DNA of 64,000 nucleotides from NCBI GenBank assembly GCA_043228905.1, contig JBHGNT010000018.1, positions 496,001 to 560,000 on the forward strand, in the 5' to 3' direction. A model generated the notes under the pieces. That model was given only the letters and a program-made list of their open reading frames with translations, made no database searches and was not told the origin of the DNA. Positions 24,318 to 38,530 of the stretch are shown here, in pieces. This DNA comes from Azolla caroliniana (lineage: Eukaryota > Plantae > Polypodiophyta). Both the position numbers and the translations under genes were made by a program. Numbering within the stretch: the first letter of the stretch is position 1; the number at the start of each line of letters is the position of its first letter.

Positions 24318-25781
24318 CTAGCAAATGAAGGGAGCATCGGCATTTGCATCACTACAATAGAGACCGGGTTGTTGAGTTAAGCCTTTTGATGCGAGGAACT
24401 CACGAACTTGTGTGACAAGTTGACGGTTGGTGATTGGTTCATCAGCATGGGCTGACCCAATGATAATTTGGATAGCATTACTAAGAGCACCGTAATAATG
24501 ACCACCATCTCCATCACTCATGTCGAGTGATGTTTGGCTAGTTTGGCACCCACTCACAAGGATACCCATATTGCTGCCCCGTATGGGCTCACTATCCTCC
24601 TGCCTAGTATAACTATAATCCTCACTTGGCTCTTCTTCAAAGCTTTGGTTATTGAATTGTGTTGTTGGAGATCCTACCAACCCCATAAACCCATCACCTC
24701 CTTGTTCATTACTATCCCCTCCCTTGAGAGATCTCACAAATCTCTTCACTATCGAGCTTGAATCCTCCCCATAAATGTCAAACAAAGTTGTCCTTATGTT
24801 GCCTACTCGTACATCATCTTTCCCCGACTTTTGTTTTAACATATCCAACAAAATGTGCAATGGCAAGGACTTATTCTTTATCTCTACATCATCTTTGCCA
24901 TAGCTCCCGTCCTCCTCGGTGGTGTTTTCTGTATATGCACTCTCATCCTCATCATTTAAATATCTGTCCCCGGAAGACTGGAAGCTTTCTCCTATTTGCT
25001 CCTTTGTGTTCTCAATGAGACCTCCACTATGGCAAGAATCAGAAACTATGGTGAGTTTGACATTAGGAGGAAGCTTATCCACCAAGGAACGGAACTCGTC
25101 ATCTGTATATCATCATGAGATGGGATAAGTACAAATTAATAGATTCACAGGAAGTTTAAAATATTTGATGCTAAGAAAAAACCCACTTTATGTAGTTGTT
25201 ATTGTTATAGGGCCCTAATGATTAAACCCATTAACAAATACTACTTGTGTTCAGAGTAATATCAATCTCTCCATGGATTCTACGTAGTTACTAACACAAA
25301 TGCTATCTTATTCTCATAGATTATGGCCAAGCATAGATAATAATCCACAATGGAAAATGGATGAGATTTGTATCTACTTGGAACTCAATATCAATAGTTT
25401 CTTGTTATGAATGCAATCATATTGGCACATACCATTGATTAAATTGCCGTCAGAAGGTGCAATGCATTCGTCATAGCCCGTCTCGTCATTCTCGTCGTCG
25501 TCCGCGGGTACACGGGTACCATGGCCACTGTAGTAGAAGTAGAGGATGTCACCGGTTGTCGACTGGGAAATGAGGTCATGAAGGGCTTGGCGGATATTGG
25601 CGCCCGTCGGTTGAGGGTAGTTGTCGTCGGTGTCGATGAGCACCTTTATGTCGTCCTCCGAGAATCCGAACCTGTCCACTAGGAGCTTGTGCATGTTCCA
25701 CACATCGTTGACACATCCGCGAAGCTCAGATTCCGTGCCCGGGTAGTTACAACCCACTAAGACAGCCTTCTTAATAGCCAT
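24318..25781 (-). CDS. Type II metacaspase copy MC-C, intact, 2 exons: join(25781..25433, 25102..24318), 377 aa
   Basis: [56 protein letters not shown]; GT-AG phase-1 intron; 349+785=1134 nt, no stops. Confidence 0.94.
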
Positions 25782-25839
25782 GATGTCTGTATAATTATGT
25801 CTCTCTCTCTTACTCTCTCACTCTCACTCTCACTCTCTC

Positions 25840-25877
<38 letters not shown>

Positions 25878-27105
25878 TGGTTGTCAAGGTTAGGACTTAA
25901 GTTGTCTCACCATCTTTCCACTGGTTAGATTTTATAACGTGTAGAGTCTTTGTAATGAATCAATGTCAAACCTTGCTAAGTCCTCTCATGGACAAGTGGT
26001 TGATGTGGGGCCAACCAATTTGGATGCCCCGCGTTGACATTCTCAGTTTTGAGCCATACGGCAAAGGTGGAAACCTCGTGATTCAACAATGCAATGGAGT
26101 CCTGTCTCATACTTTGAATCGATAAACTCTTCAGCATATAATTAAATATAACTAAGAATGGAATCATAGGAACGAAAGAGTTGATTTCACAAGTCTTATA
26201 TTATTATATAAAGATGCCTTTTTTTTACACATCTGTCTTCACATATTCCTAAATTAATTACATTATGTTGTCAGCAATGATCCAACTCATATGTATTATT
26301 CTTATATTTCCAAGCTTCAAAGCTTTCGCGCCACACGAACCCTTCAAAATTGGCATTGTTTCATGTGCCAATGCCCACAAATGTTAATAATGATACTCCT
26401 TTAAGAAATAATTATTCATTTCAATTTTTGTTTTTGATATTATTCGTTGGAGAATATCTTCTTTTCACATCCAATTAATGATAGTGGCAAAGTTTCATTA
26501 TCCATGGAACAACTTGTTCCTCCCATTCATTAGAAATACAACAATCTCCCCAAGACACGTGCATGCATGGCTGTATCGCAAAACCAACTTCTCATCTCTA
26601 AAATAAAAGATTGTCTTTCTCTTGACTTTATTCTTTGTTTAAGCAATGCATATGAATGGTTCCCAAAATAATTTATGACACCTATAACACTCTTGTGCAT
26701 GCAAATAACTTTTCCAACTATTTATCATAGTATTTTGGACATTCGTAGCTTCAAATATATCAAAATCATTCTTCAAACAACTACACTATACAACAATCAA
26801 ATTTCTTACATAAGTTTAACGTCAATAGAGCATATGAGTGGTTGCTATGCCAAATATTTCTTGTATATGATCTTCATCACATACATACATTAGACTTGAT
26901 GGATGTGTATAAAGATGTTGAGTACAAACACCAAATAAAGGATGCCTGATGGATCCATCCAAATGCTAGAAGCAATGATTAAAGCTTAAAAAGCTTGAGA
27001 TACGTAGGTTAGAGTATAGCCTCAACTATGTGGTGGAAAATTCAAAACTATCTCATTTAGTTCTGTACTAAATTTTTTTAAGCTATTGGTGTGTAATCAA
27101 GAATC

Positions 27106-27614
27106 TAACAATTGGCAATGGTTCAGTTCGAGAGTGTCAAAACCAAACTGTTTAAAATTTTTGAAACTTGAATCGAATCGAACCAGGAAATCGTTAAAAC
27201 CGAGCCATTAAAAAAAATCCCAACTGATAAACCATTAAATTGTTAAAACCGTAGTTTCGTGGTTTAGTTTTGGTTTTCAACTTGGGTCAAATTCAATTTT
27301 AAAATTTTAAAATTTAAAATATTTTGTTATTTTAATTTTAATTTTTCAAAAATTTAAAGATTTTCATAATGGGAGAACAAAGCTTAAAAATGGAAAGATC
27401 GTTTAAATTTTTTTAAAAATTTCTAAAAATAAATTTTAAATTTAAAAAGAAAAGAAAAAAGTTATTAAACCACGGTTTCTATTTGTTGAAACTAAATCGA
27501 ACCGAAATTGAACCATTTAAAAAAACTTGAACTTGAACCCAAAGGAGCCGTTTTAACTGTTAAGTTGTGGTTTCATGGTTCTATTCGATTCAACCACACC
27601 GTTGCCAACTATTA
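27106..27614. mobile_element. hAT-related MITE (duplicated with the array; second copy 43636-44142)
   Basis: TIR TAACAATTGGCAATGG / CCGTTGCCAACTATTA; flanks (c/g)(a/t)agaatc; empty homologous site gtgtaatcttgatatc near 20402. Confidence 0.8.
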
Positions 27615-28126
27615 GTAGAATCTAGATATCAAATTGGGAGTACAACAAAGATATGAGCAAATTGCTAAGCACACAATGTACTGAATCCAATTACAATGTA
27701 TGAAATGTTGTAATGAAGATAACCACACAGATTGCCTTAAAGTTGAGACTTCAACATAAGTGGTGTATACCTTTTGTGCAAACTAAACAAGCATAAGGAG
27801 TTGGGTTTTGTAGATAGGGGCTAGTATACTCCATCAAATGTAGTAATTGTTGGGATTTCGGTCCCTCCGGATGGGATCTTGAGAACCGGATGATGAGGAC
27901 CAGGTGAGAACCGGATGTAGAAGACATATTTGTAAATATGTTCTTAGTAAGCCCATGGAGGCTATATTTGTAATAGTCCTAAAGGCATATTAGTATAAAT
28001 ATGACCTAGGGCAAACACTTATTAGTGTTGTTGTTGTTGTTGTCATATTGTTCTATAGAGAGAGCGATTGAGAGAGAGTGTGAGATACAGAGAAATACTC
28101 TGTTGAAACCGCTGGTTGGCGAAGAA

Positions 28127-28552
28127 ATAGAGCTTGAGGTCGTTGCCTCTGAGTCTCTGATTGTACCCCTTCTCTCCATAGTGATAGTTCGGAGTCTGTG
28201 GGCTCCTGTGCTTTTTCCCATTCAGGGTTTTCCACGAAAACATCCTGTGTTCACTCTTGAGTTCCCATTTCTGTGTTCTCCATCCTCATTTTTTGTGATT
28301 CTAGACTCGGTTGTGGTTGAGTAACATTCTGCGATTCTCATAGAGCTTGAGGTCGTTGCCTCTGAGTCTCTGATTGTACCCCTTCTCTCCATAGTGATAG
28401 TTCGGAGTCTGTGGGCTCCTGTGCTTTTTCCCATTCAGGGTTTTCCACGAAAACATCCTGTGTTCACTCTTGAGTTCCCATTTCTGTGTTCTCCATCCTC
28501 ATTTTTTGTGATTCTAGACTCGGTTGTGGCTGAGTAACATTCTGCGATTCTC
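28127..28552. repeat. 213-bp tandem duplication inside the Copia 5' LTR
   Basis: atagagcttgaggtcgttgcctctgag..ctgcgattctc starts at 28127 and 28340; only one mismatch noticed. Confidence 0.9.
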
Positions 28553-29948
28553 ATCAATCTGGCATTAGAGTGAACAACACAGGAAATGGAAGAATTGTTC
28601 GGCAGCATGTTCAAGCTCACCGGCTCCAACTACTCAATGTGGAAGTCGAAGATGAGGGATATGCTAGTGGTTAAAGATCTTTGGTTGCCGGTTCAGTTCG
28701 GGGACAAGAGACCGGATAAGATCGACGCCACAGTGTGGGAGGTGATGCACATGAAGACGATGACATACATTCGGTGCTTCATTGACATGAGCATGTACAA
28801 CAACTTCAATGAAGAGAGCAAGGCTCATGAACTCTGGGAGAATATTGACATCATATTCCAGAAGAGGAATGCCGTTAATCAGGTTTCGGTATTCCGGAAG
28901 CTAGTGAGGCTCAGGTACCAAGACGACTCCAGCATGATGGAGCACATGAATGCCTTCCAGGGGCTAATACATCAAGCAACCTCATTGGAAGTACCTTTCG
29001 CCGATGAGGTACACGCATTGCTCCTGCTCGGTTCCCTCCCGGATAGCTAGGAGACGTTAGTTGTCACGTTGGGCAATGCCGGGATAGAAGGAAAACAATT
29101 GTCCCTAGCAAGAGTCAAGTCGCGCTCGCTAGATGAGGAGGCACGTTGGAAAGACAAGGAGGTGATCTTCGACGCCAAAGCCCTCCTTACTGAATCGAAA
29201 CTCGGAAGACAAAGGAATCAGAGTCCCCAGAACCGGGAAAAGTCAAGGACATGGTCAAAGTCAAGGGGGAGGCCCACTTGCTTCTATTGCGGCAAGCCAG
29301 GGCACTTCCAGAAGAACTATCCGCATTTCCGGAAAGACAAGGGAACCGACAGTACCGATTCGAAGAAGTCACCGGACCGAAACAGTTCGGATCGGGGAGG
29401 CCCGGACCGGAAGGGAACGATGACAATCGCGGCAAGTGAAGAGGAACTAATGCTCATCACCGAGGAGAGTGAGTTGAACCTTGCCGGCGACGAGACAACG
29501 TGGGTTGTCGATTCCGGAGTGTCGTTCCACCTTACCTCGGACCGGAAATGCTTCTCATCCTACACAACTAGTTATGCTGGGAAGAAGAAGTGAACGTTGC
29601 TTCCAACACTGTTGGTGAGCTGTGGCACAAAAGACTATGTCACATGAGTGAGAAGGGGATGAAGAGGCTTGCCGAAGACAACCTCATTTCGGTGAAGGAC
29701 GTGCAACATGAGAAGTGCACCAATTGCTTGGTTGGCAAGCAAAACCGAACCTCCTTCCGGTCAAGACCACCGACGAGACGGAATGCACCACTAGAGATGG
29801 TGCATACCGATGTGTGTCAAGTGGACACGAAGTCACATGCCGGATTGCAGTACTTTGTGACGTTCATAGACAACCACAGCCGGAAGCTGTGGGTCTCACC
29901 GTTGAAGACAAAGGATTAGGTGATATCCGTCTTCAAGGAGCTCCACGC

Positions 29949-32900
29949 TATTGCGAAGTTTCGTGCGCGCATGTTACTTGGACTAGGGAGTACTCAAGGG
30001 ATAGAGAAGACCTGAGGTTTGCTTTACGACAATACTACTTCCCGACCCCTTCCCGAGCAAGGGCTCGTTGCCCTTTGTTTTTGTGAGGCCGGTGGCTCTC
30101 GTTGATCACGACTCGTCGACCTTTTGAGATCACCGCACGAGCCAAGTGATCAAACGGGTACAAGCAAGATGAACACGCAAGATGAACGCACAAGGGGACG
30201 ATAACACAAACACGAATGCCCATACGTCTTTATGAGGAGGAGAGGTGCATGTGCACGCTTGAACGCTCCCTCGTCACAAGATGTTGAACATACGAGGAAG
30301 ACACAAAACACACGCACAAATGCTCGTATGCCTTTATGAGGAGGAGAGGTGCATGGGAAGGCCCGAACGCTCCCTCGTCACAAGACGACCTAACATACAA
30401 GGAAGTCACAAACACACGCACAAATGCTCGTATGTCTTTATGAGGAGGAGAGGTGCATGGGCATGCCCGAAACGCTCCCTCGTCACAAGATGGCCGAATG
30501 TACAAGGAAGACAAAAACACACACACAAAATGCTCGTACGCCTTTATGAGGAGGAGAGGTGCATGGGCAAGCCATAACGCTCCCTCGTCACGAGAGGACC
30601 GAATGTACAAGGAAGACACAAACACACACACAAAATGCTCGTACGACTTTATGAGGAGGAGAGGTGCATGGGCAAGCCCGAAACGGTTCCTCGTCACAAG
30701 ACGGCCGAACGTACAAGGAAGACACAACACACGCACAAATGCTCGTACGTCTTTATGAGGAGGAGAGGTGCATGGGCACGCCCGAAATGCTCCCTCGTCA
30801 CAAGACGACTGAACGTACAAGAAAGACACAAACACACGCACAAATGCTCGTACGCCTTTATGAGGAGAGGTGCATGGGCAAGCCCGAAATGGTCCCTCAT
30901 CACAAGACGGCCGAATGTACAAGGAAGACACAAACACACGCACAAAATGCTCGTACGCCTTTATGAGGAGGAGAGGTGCATGGGCACGCCTGAAACGCTC
31001 CCTCGTCACAAGACGGCCGAGCGTACAAGGAAGACACGAACAAAGAAAGAAGGAAAGAAAGAGACACGAATGATATGCACAACTAATCGCCTTTGTGTGC
31101 ACACACATTGCACATGCACATTTTGACCCCCCTGTTTCGCCGGTTTTTCCTACTCTCGAGCACGCCACATCACGACATCCATCCCCACCAAACCGCACAT
31201 CCTCCGGTATGTGCCAAGATTGGCGGGCTGAGGGTGGTCAATAGTTCATTTCCTCCTCCTCATTGGCCTCGTGGCTTGTTGTTTGGTCACCATTTTCTTC
31301 GTCAAGGTCATCGAAGTTTTGCTCCCTGTTGTGTCGCTTTTTGAAGTTTTTGACCCGCTTCCCTGCTATTAGTACTGCCAGCATAGTCCCATCGAGTTTA
31401 GCGAGGTGGTAGGTAGCATTATCATTTGCACTTGTTACCACGTACGGCCCGAACCATCGCTTTGCGATATTTCGCATTGAACTATGTTGGTTGTCAAGAC
31501 TGCTATCATACACAATCACCCAGTCTCCTTCTTCGATCTTCCGAGGGCGTAGTCGGTGTGTCTTGTCGAACCGGGCTTTGTTACTTAGCCTAGCCGCTTC
31601 TAACCTCTCCTTTACTAACTCCAAGTCTTCGGGTCTTCTCTCAAATTGCCTTATCCTTGTTGCTAGAAGCTCTTCTCGACTCATCTCGTTTTCCCAGGGC
31701 ATTGCCACCCATGACGCGATCGTGTCTTCAATGGGCATCACCGGCTTTTGTCCATACATGAGTTCAACTGGCATGAAACCTGTAACTAAGCTATGAGTTG
31801 TTCTGTGGGCCCACAAGGCGTAAGGTAGTAACTGAGGCCAATTCCCGACTCGCCCATCACAAGCTTTTACAATGGCTTTTACGATAGGCTTGTGTCCGCG
31901 TTCTATCTTTCCATTAGCCTTCGGGTTATAAGCGGTTGTGAGAGAGAGCTTCACTCCAAGTCGTTCAAAGAGCTCTGTAGCTTCATGAGCATTCAACTCT
32001 CCTCTGTCGGCCACTGATGACATCCTCGAGTAAGAATTTACACACCCCCGTCGTCATTTTGTTTGCCAAGGCTCGTCCTTCTACTTGGTTTGTTAGGTCT
32101 TCTCTTGCTAGCACCAAATATTTCATTTGGCCCACTCCCATCGGCATCGAAACCAAATTCACCATCCATTTGAAGTATATGGTGAGTGGGTAGGTCGGGT
32201 GCAACTCGTCCCTATGGCGTATGTTGGAGTGTATCTGGCAGCTTTCACACGTTCCAACGAAATGGGCGACATCCTTGTACATTCCCGGCCACCAATACTT
32301 CTTCTTTAACTTCTCGAGTGTTGCCCACATTCCTCTATGGCCCGCCCAAGGACTCTCGTGGAACTCAGACAACAATGTTGTCTGGTCTTCTTCCTTTATG
32401 AACACTCATCGTGGCGTCCCCGTCCTTCTCTTCGGGTGTCTCCAGAGGAATCCCCCTCGTAGGAAGTACTTGTACGCTTTCTTTCGGACTCTCTATGCCT
32501 CCTCCTTCGACCATGAACTATATCCACCATCATTGAGCTTAAGAACTTGCCAATGTGTAGCCACTCCCCTTCGTATTCACTTTCGTTGAAGGTGTGGAGT
32601 ACTCGCACATCTCGATCATCTATAGACGCTTGGGCCGTCTTGAAGAAGTCAAGAGCGACATCCTCATCTTTAGACACCATGCCGCTTTCACCCTCGAATC
32701 TTGCCCTCGATAGCATATCTGCCATGGCATTGTTCTTCCTTGAAATGTGGTGAATCTCTGGGTTCATTGATTTGATGTAAGAAATCCACCTTAGCATAGC
32801 TAGGTCAGGTGTTGCACATCCCGAAACCATCCCTAGGATTGGAAGGCAATCCATCTCTATTACCACCTTTGACCCGATTAGGTAAACTTTATCCATCTTT

Positions 32901-34412
32901 AGTGCGGACACAATACCCCAAAGCTCACGTTTTACTTGGGCGTATCCTCGTTGTCGCTCGCTTAAGACATTGGCTCCGAACCGGATGGTGTAGCGTGTAC
33001 CATCCTCTCCTTCTTGGTTGATGACCCATCCGATCCCTGTTGGACTCGTATCTACCGTCACGTAGATGGGCACCCCTTCCTTGTATACGGCTTTTCGTAA
33101 AGCTGGTGCTGCTACCAACATTTCTTTGAGCCTCTTCATGGCCTCTGTGTGCTCTTCATGGCCCCTTCTTGAGTAGCCCATACAAGGGCTCGGCTAGGTG
33201 AGCATAGTGCGGGATCTAGATGTGGTAGAATGCACAGGCACCAAGAAATCGCCTCACCTCTGTTTGCTGTTTACATTCTTCCCTTATATCTGTGATGGCG
33301 TCCACCTTTGACGACCGAACTTACAAGGAAGAGACAAACACACGCACAAAATGGTCGTATGCCTTTCTGAGGAGCAGGGGTGCATGGGCAAGCCCGAAAC
33401 GATCCCTCGTCACAAGACAGCCGAACGTACAAGGAAGACACAAGCACATGCACAAATGCTCGTACGTCTTTATGAGGAGGGGAGGTGCATGGGCACGCCC
33501 GAAACGGTCCCTCGTCACAAGACGGCTGAACATACAAGGAAGACACGAACAAAGAAAGAAGGAAAAAAAGAAACACCAATGATATCGGCCAAAGAAATAA
33601 ATACGTGTTCGATTCCAACACAAGAGGACCCTTTATAAAATAGGGTTTGATTAGAATGGCAACTTATAGTTAACCACAAGCTCAATCAAAACATAAATAC
33701 TAAATGCCCTTAGAGACAAGAGCAAATCCGAACACGACGAAGATGAAGACACGAGCACCACCAAAATGCAAATCCCAACGAACCACGACCACCCGAATGG
33801 AGAGCAAACGGGCTCGCAACGACGAATGGGGCTCGCAACGTCAAACCAACGAGGCTTGGGCTAACGAGCACTTCGAGTGCCGACGTGAAGAAGACGAGCA
33901 CATGGCGATGGGGGGATGAAGGGGTATGAGATGAAGAGAAGTGGTGAAGAAGAAGATGAAGAGCTTCGAAGAAGAAATGGCGATAGTCTCCTCCTCCCCA
34001 AATGAGTCCCCCTCGACCTCCTTTTATAGAAAAAAGAAGAAGGGGGGTCGCTTATTTTGCCTTCAATGAAAAAGGAATAAAATTCCTTAAATCACGTTGC
34101 AATATAAGACTAGATTTGAACCGTGCACCTCTAGTTAGAAGTCAATGTGACTATCCACTAGCCCATTAACTCTCTCTTATATAATATATAATTCTATCTC
34201 TATATATTCTTAGCTTGTCTCCCCTCTACCTTTTATCTCTCCTCTCTCTTACTTTTTGCACGAGCTTCTATACATCCTTCCCACCCTTTCTTTTCCCTTT
34301 TATTTTGCATATGTACAACTAATCGCCTTTGTGTGCACACACATTGCACATGCACATTTTGACCCCCCCTTTTGCCGGTTTTTCCCACTCTCGAGCACGC
34401 CACATCACGACA
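29949..34412 (-). mobile_element. Ty3/Gypsy (non-chromovirus) element G1 nested in the Copia integrase; gag and most of RT deleted
   Basis: LTR starts TGTCGTGATG at 34412 (5' LTR) and 31177 (3' LTR, preceded by PPT ggtggggatgga); RNase H VTVDTSPTGIG..RELWG; integrase H..GH..C..C, AYNPKANGKIE, WFGPY; 4-bp TSD ACGC (29945-29948) / ACGT (34413-34416). Confidence 0.9.
30228..31040. repeat. Tandem array of about 8 x 104-106 bp units within the G1 3' LTR (about 2.5 units in the other LTR at 33310-33560)
   Basis: ctttatgaggaggagaggtgcatgggcaagcccgaaacgctccctcgtcacaagacggccgaacgtacaaggaagacacaaacacacgcacaaatgctcgtacg starts near 30228, 30332, 30436, 30542, 30647, 30751, 30856, 30960. Confidence 0.92.
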
Positions 34413-36025
34413 ACGTGAGAGTGGAAAGAGAAACCGGCCGGAAGCTGAAGGCGGTTCGAGCAAATAATGGAGGAGAATACCATGGGCAGTTCGAGGAGTA
34501 CTGCCGATAGAAGGGAATCCGGCTCGAATTTATCGTGCCGAAGACACCGGAATTGAACGGGCTGGCCGAAAGGATGAACCAAACCATAATGGAGAGAGTC
34601 CGGAGCATGATCACACATGCCAAGTTACCTAAGATGTTTTGGGCTGAGGCGCTGACGACGACGACGACCTATGTGATAAACAGATCACCCTCAGTACCCT
34701 TGGGAGGAGACTCACCTCAGAAAGTATGGACCAGTAAAGATGTGTCTTATTAGCATCTAAAGGTGTTCGGGTGTCTCGCATACGTGCATGTGGCGAAGGA
34801 TAAGAGAGCAAAGCTGGATCCAAAATCCAGGCCATGCATATTCCTTGGATACGACGATGATGAGTTCGGTTACCGGGTGTGGGATCTAGTCGACAAGAAG
34901 GTGTTTCGGAGTCGGGAAATAGTCTTCATGGAAGACATGACCATTGCCGACTGGGAGTCAGAGAAGAAGATGATCAACTTCGGATCATCCAATGAAAACA
35001 GGTTTGAGAACACATGAACCTACCCGGTTGAAAACCGGATGTTGGCCAGTAGCCGGATGAAACTCGACGAACCGGCCGGATACGGACAGGAAACCGAACC
35101 GACCGAAGAAGAAGAAGAAGAAGATACCAGAACCATACAAGATCCCGAATCAGATTCGGATTCGGAACAAACGGAGGAGCCGATAGTCAGAAGCAAAGGA
35201 CAGAGATATCCTCTTCGAGAGAGAAGAGTCCCCCAGAGATTTCCGGATTCAGAGCATGTGTTGCTAACCGATGAGGGGGAGCCAGAAAGCTTTGAAGAAG
35301 CTAAGGGAGACACCCACAGTCGCAAGTGGTAGAGTGCCATGCAGGATGAGATGGATTCCCTGCATGAGAACCACACATATGAACTGACGGAGTTGCCGAA
35401 AGGGAAGAGAGCACTCCGGAACAAGTGGGTGTACAAGCTGAAACCGGGAGATGCCGGGAATCCACCAAGGTATAAGGCCCGAATCGTGGTGAAGGGATTC
35501 CAGCAGAAGAAAGGAGTGGATTTTGACGAGATCTTTGCCCCGGTAGTAAAGATCACTTCCATCTAGACGGTTCTGAGCATAGTGGCAAGCATGGACCTCG
35601 AGGTAGAGCAATTGGATGTCAAGACATCATTCCTCCATGGTGACCTCGAAGAGGAGATCTACATGCAACAACCGGAAGGATTCGTGAAGAAAGGGAAGGA
35701 GCAACTGGTATGCCGGCTGAAGAAGAGCTTATACAGACTAAAACAAGCTTTACTCCTTCATGACGGATCAAGGGTACCACAAGACACAAGCCGATCATTG
35801 CGTCTTTGTGAAGAAATTTGATGGAGGAGATTCCCTGATATTACTCCTATACGTGGATGATATGGTGTTAGTCGGACGAGACCAAGTCAAAATACGGATG
35901 CTGAAGAAAGCCCTGAACCGGACCTTCTCAATGAAAGACTTGGGTCCGTCAAGATAGATACTGGGGATGCACATAATCCAGGACTGGTCGAAGAAGCTAT
36001 TGTGGTTGTCACAAGAAAAGTACGT

Positions 36026-36814
36026 TGTCGTGATGTGGCGTGCTCGAGAGTGGGAAAAACCGGCAAAAGGGGGGGTCAAAATGTGCATGTGCAATGTGTG
36101 TGCACACAAAGGCGATTAATTGTGCATATGCAAAATAAAAGGGAAAAGAAAGGGTGGGAAGGATGTATAGAAGCTCGTGCAAAAAGTAAGAGAGAGGAGA
36201 GATAAAAGGTAGAGGGGAGACAGGCTATGAATTTATAGAGGTAGAATCGTATATTATACAAGAGAGAGTTAATGGGCTAGTGGATAGTCACATTGACTTC
36301 TAGCTAGAGGTGCACAGTTCAAATCTAGTCTAATAGTGCAGCGTGATTTAAGGAATTTTATTCCTTTTTTGCATTAAAGACAAAATTGGCGACCTCCCCT
36401 TCCTTTTTTCCTATAAAAGGAGGTCGAGGGGGGCTCATTCGAGGAGGACGTTTTGGGATGAGGAGATTATCGCTAATTTTCCTTCGGAGCTTTTCATCTT
36501 CTTATTCACCACTTCTCTTCATCTCATACCCCTTCACCCCCCCCACTGCGACGTGCTCATCTTCTTCGCGTCGACATCTGAAGTGCTCGTGAGCCCAAGC
36601 TTCGTTGGTTCGACGTTGCTCCGCCCCATTCGTCGTTGCGAGCCCGTTTGCTCTCCATTCGAGTGGTCGTGGTTCGTTGGGATTTGCATTTTGGTGGTGC
36701 TCGTGTCTTCATCTTCATCGTGTTCGGATTTGCTCTTGTCTCTAAGGGCATTTAGTATTTATGTTTTGATTGAGCTTGTGGTTAACTATAAGTTGCCATT
36801 GTAATTAGACCCTA
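36026..36814 (+). mobile_element. Truncated LTR of Gypsy family G1, opposite orientation, inserted in the Copia RT
   Basis: Starts TGTCGTGATGTGGCG immediately after ACGT (36022-36025); reverse complement of about 33640-34412. Confidence 0.88.
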
Positions 36815-38525
36815 TGAAAAGAATTGCGTGCGGAAGCAATATAGAAAACTGAACAACAGAAAATGCAGGTTTAATGGAGAGCTTAGGTTTGCACAATACG
36901 CCCGGGAGAGACAGAGAGAGTAAAAACAGAACTTAATTCAAAAACTAATACTCAAGTTGTACATAGGATGTGCTCAGTGAGCACTTTTATACAAGCCCTA
37001 ACAATCGAGCTGACACAAGTACTGACAATACTTGACTGCTCATAAATGAGCCTCAACGCTTACTCCCAAAATTATTCCTTACGAGGAATATCTTTTTAAC
37101 GGCCTTTCGGTTTACGCATCGATACGGCCTTCCTATGCACTGGTTTGTGTACCAGTTTACGCATCCGTTTTACGCACAGGTCCGGCCTAACCGATCGGTC
37201 CCAACCGATCCGGTCCTCGGCTTGCTCAGCCGATCTGGCCGATGTTGAGCTTGTCTCTCAATACTCCCCCTCAAGCTCAACTTGAGGCTCTTCCGGATCT
37301 TCCGGATCACCGCTTCGGTTCCACCTGGCTCCACGCCTCGCTCGCACTCTTCGGCCTATTCGACTCTACGCGCTTCGACCCTTCCGGTTGGTAGGGCCCT
37401 TCACAGCTGTCTCGTCATCTGTCTCGGCGTCGCGGTCTTCTCCGCTCCTTTCCTGCTTCCTTCCATGGTCATTCGGGATGTCTCTCCCCTTCAAGTTTGG
37501 CACGTCGAGGTGACGCAATCCAAGCGCACCCGAGAATTGCCGCAACTTGTCCAGACCAAGAGGCTTAGTGAAGATGTCGGCGGTCTGCCGATCCATCGGA
37601 ACATACTGAAGTTCGACTTCACCAGAAAGGACACGCTCACAGACAAATGGTAGTGCACCTCAATGTTCTTGGTCCGTGCGTGGAAGATGAGGTTCTTCGC
37701 GAGCTGGATGTTGCTGAGGTCGTCGGATCGGACACCCCCACATGCAGATCCTTAAGTAGCCGCTTCAACCATAGGGCTTCGCATGTCGCGACAACTGCTC
37801 CTCTATACTCGGCTTCGGTGCTCGACAACGCAACTGTCGGCTGCTTCTTCCTACTCCACGCTATCACGACACTCCCAAGAGAGAAAGCGTATCCGGACGT
37901 GGATCAACGATCGACGATGTTGCCGGCCCAGTCGGCATCGGTGTAGCCGACCAACTGTGGGGCTGTACCGGTGTGATATAACAGTCCCTGGTCTGTAGTG
38001 CCGCTTACGTACCGCAGTACGCGTTGCGCACACTGAAGGTGCTCCTCGGTAGGTCGCGCCATGAACTGACTGATCACCCCGAACGGATAACTGAGATCGG
38101 GTCGGGAGATGGTCAAGTGTATGAGGCTGCCGACTATCTGTCGGAACCTCGTCGGGTGGCATACCTTGCCAGACTCAGGGCGAAGCTTGACGGTTCTATC
38201 CAGAGGAGTCGAGACGGACTTACAGTCTGCCATCCCGAATTTGAAGAGCATATTCAGCGTGTAATGACGTTGGCTGATCAGTATGCCTTCGAGGGTGTCG
38301 ATCACTTCGATCCCAAGAAAGTATTGAAGGTCCCCCAGATCCTTCATGTCGAACGATGCCGCAAGCTAGAGCTTCACGTGGTTGATTTCACCTAGATCGG
38401 CGCCGGTGATGACCAAGTCATCAACATAGAGTAAAATACTGACCGGCCCAAGTCGACCTTTTCGAACGAACAATGAGGAGTCCGATTTTGACGTCGCAAA
38501 GCACATCCGACGTAGATACCATTCT
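36815..38525 (-). mobile_element. Second Ty1/Copia element, 3' part only (RT, RNase H, PPT, 3' LTR 37260..36815)
   Basis: [57 protein letters not shown]; PPT gagggggag then TGAGAG...TTTTCA LTR (446 bp). Confidence 0.9.
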
Positions 38526-38530
38526 AAGCG

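Larger units (their letters stand above)
27848..36025 (+). mobile_element. Ty1/Copia LTR retrotransposon (Tork/Tnt1-like), degenerate, interrupted by a Gypsy at 29949-34412 and cut at 36025; 3' part missing
   Basis: 5' LTR TGTTGGG 27848 to about 28556; PBS-like tggcattagag; gag from 28586 (LTGSNYSMWKSKM, CFYCGKPGH), protease WVVDSG, LWHKRLCH, integrase VHTDV..FID / ANNGGEY / PELNGLAERMN, RT KWVYK..YKAR, QLDVKTSFLHG, LLLYVDD. Confidence 0.92.

Noticed and set aside
30228-31040. Regular ~105-bp repeats and the many overlapping ORFs across them (e.g. 30230..31198)
   Set aside because: Whole unit is repeated with no spacers; part of a Gypsy LTR; ORFs are by-products of stop-poor repeats.
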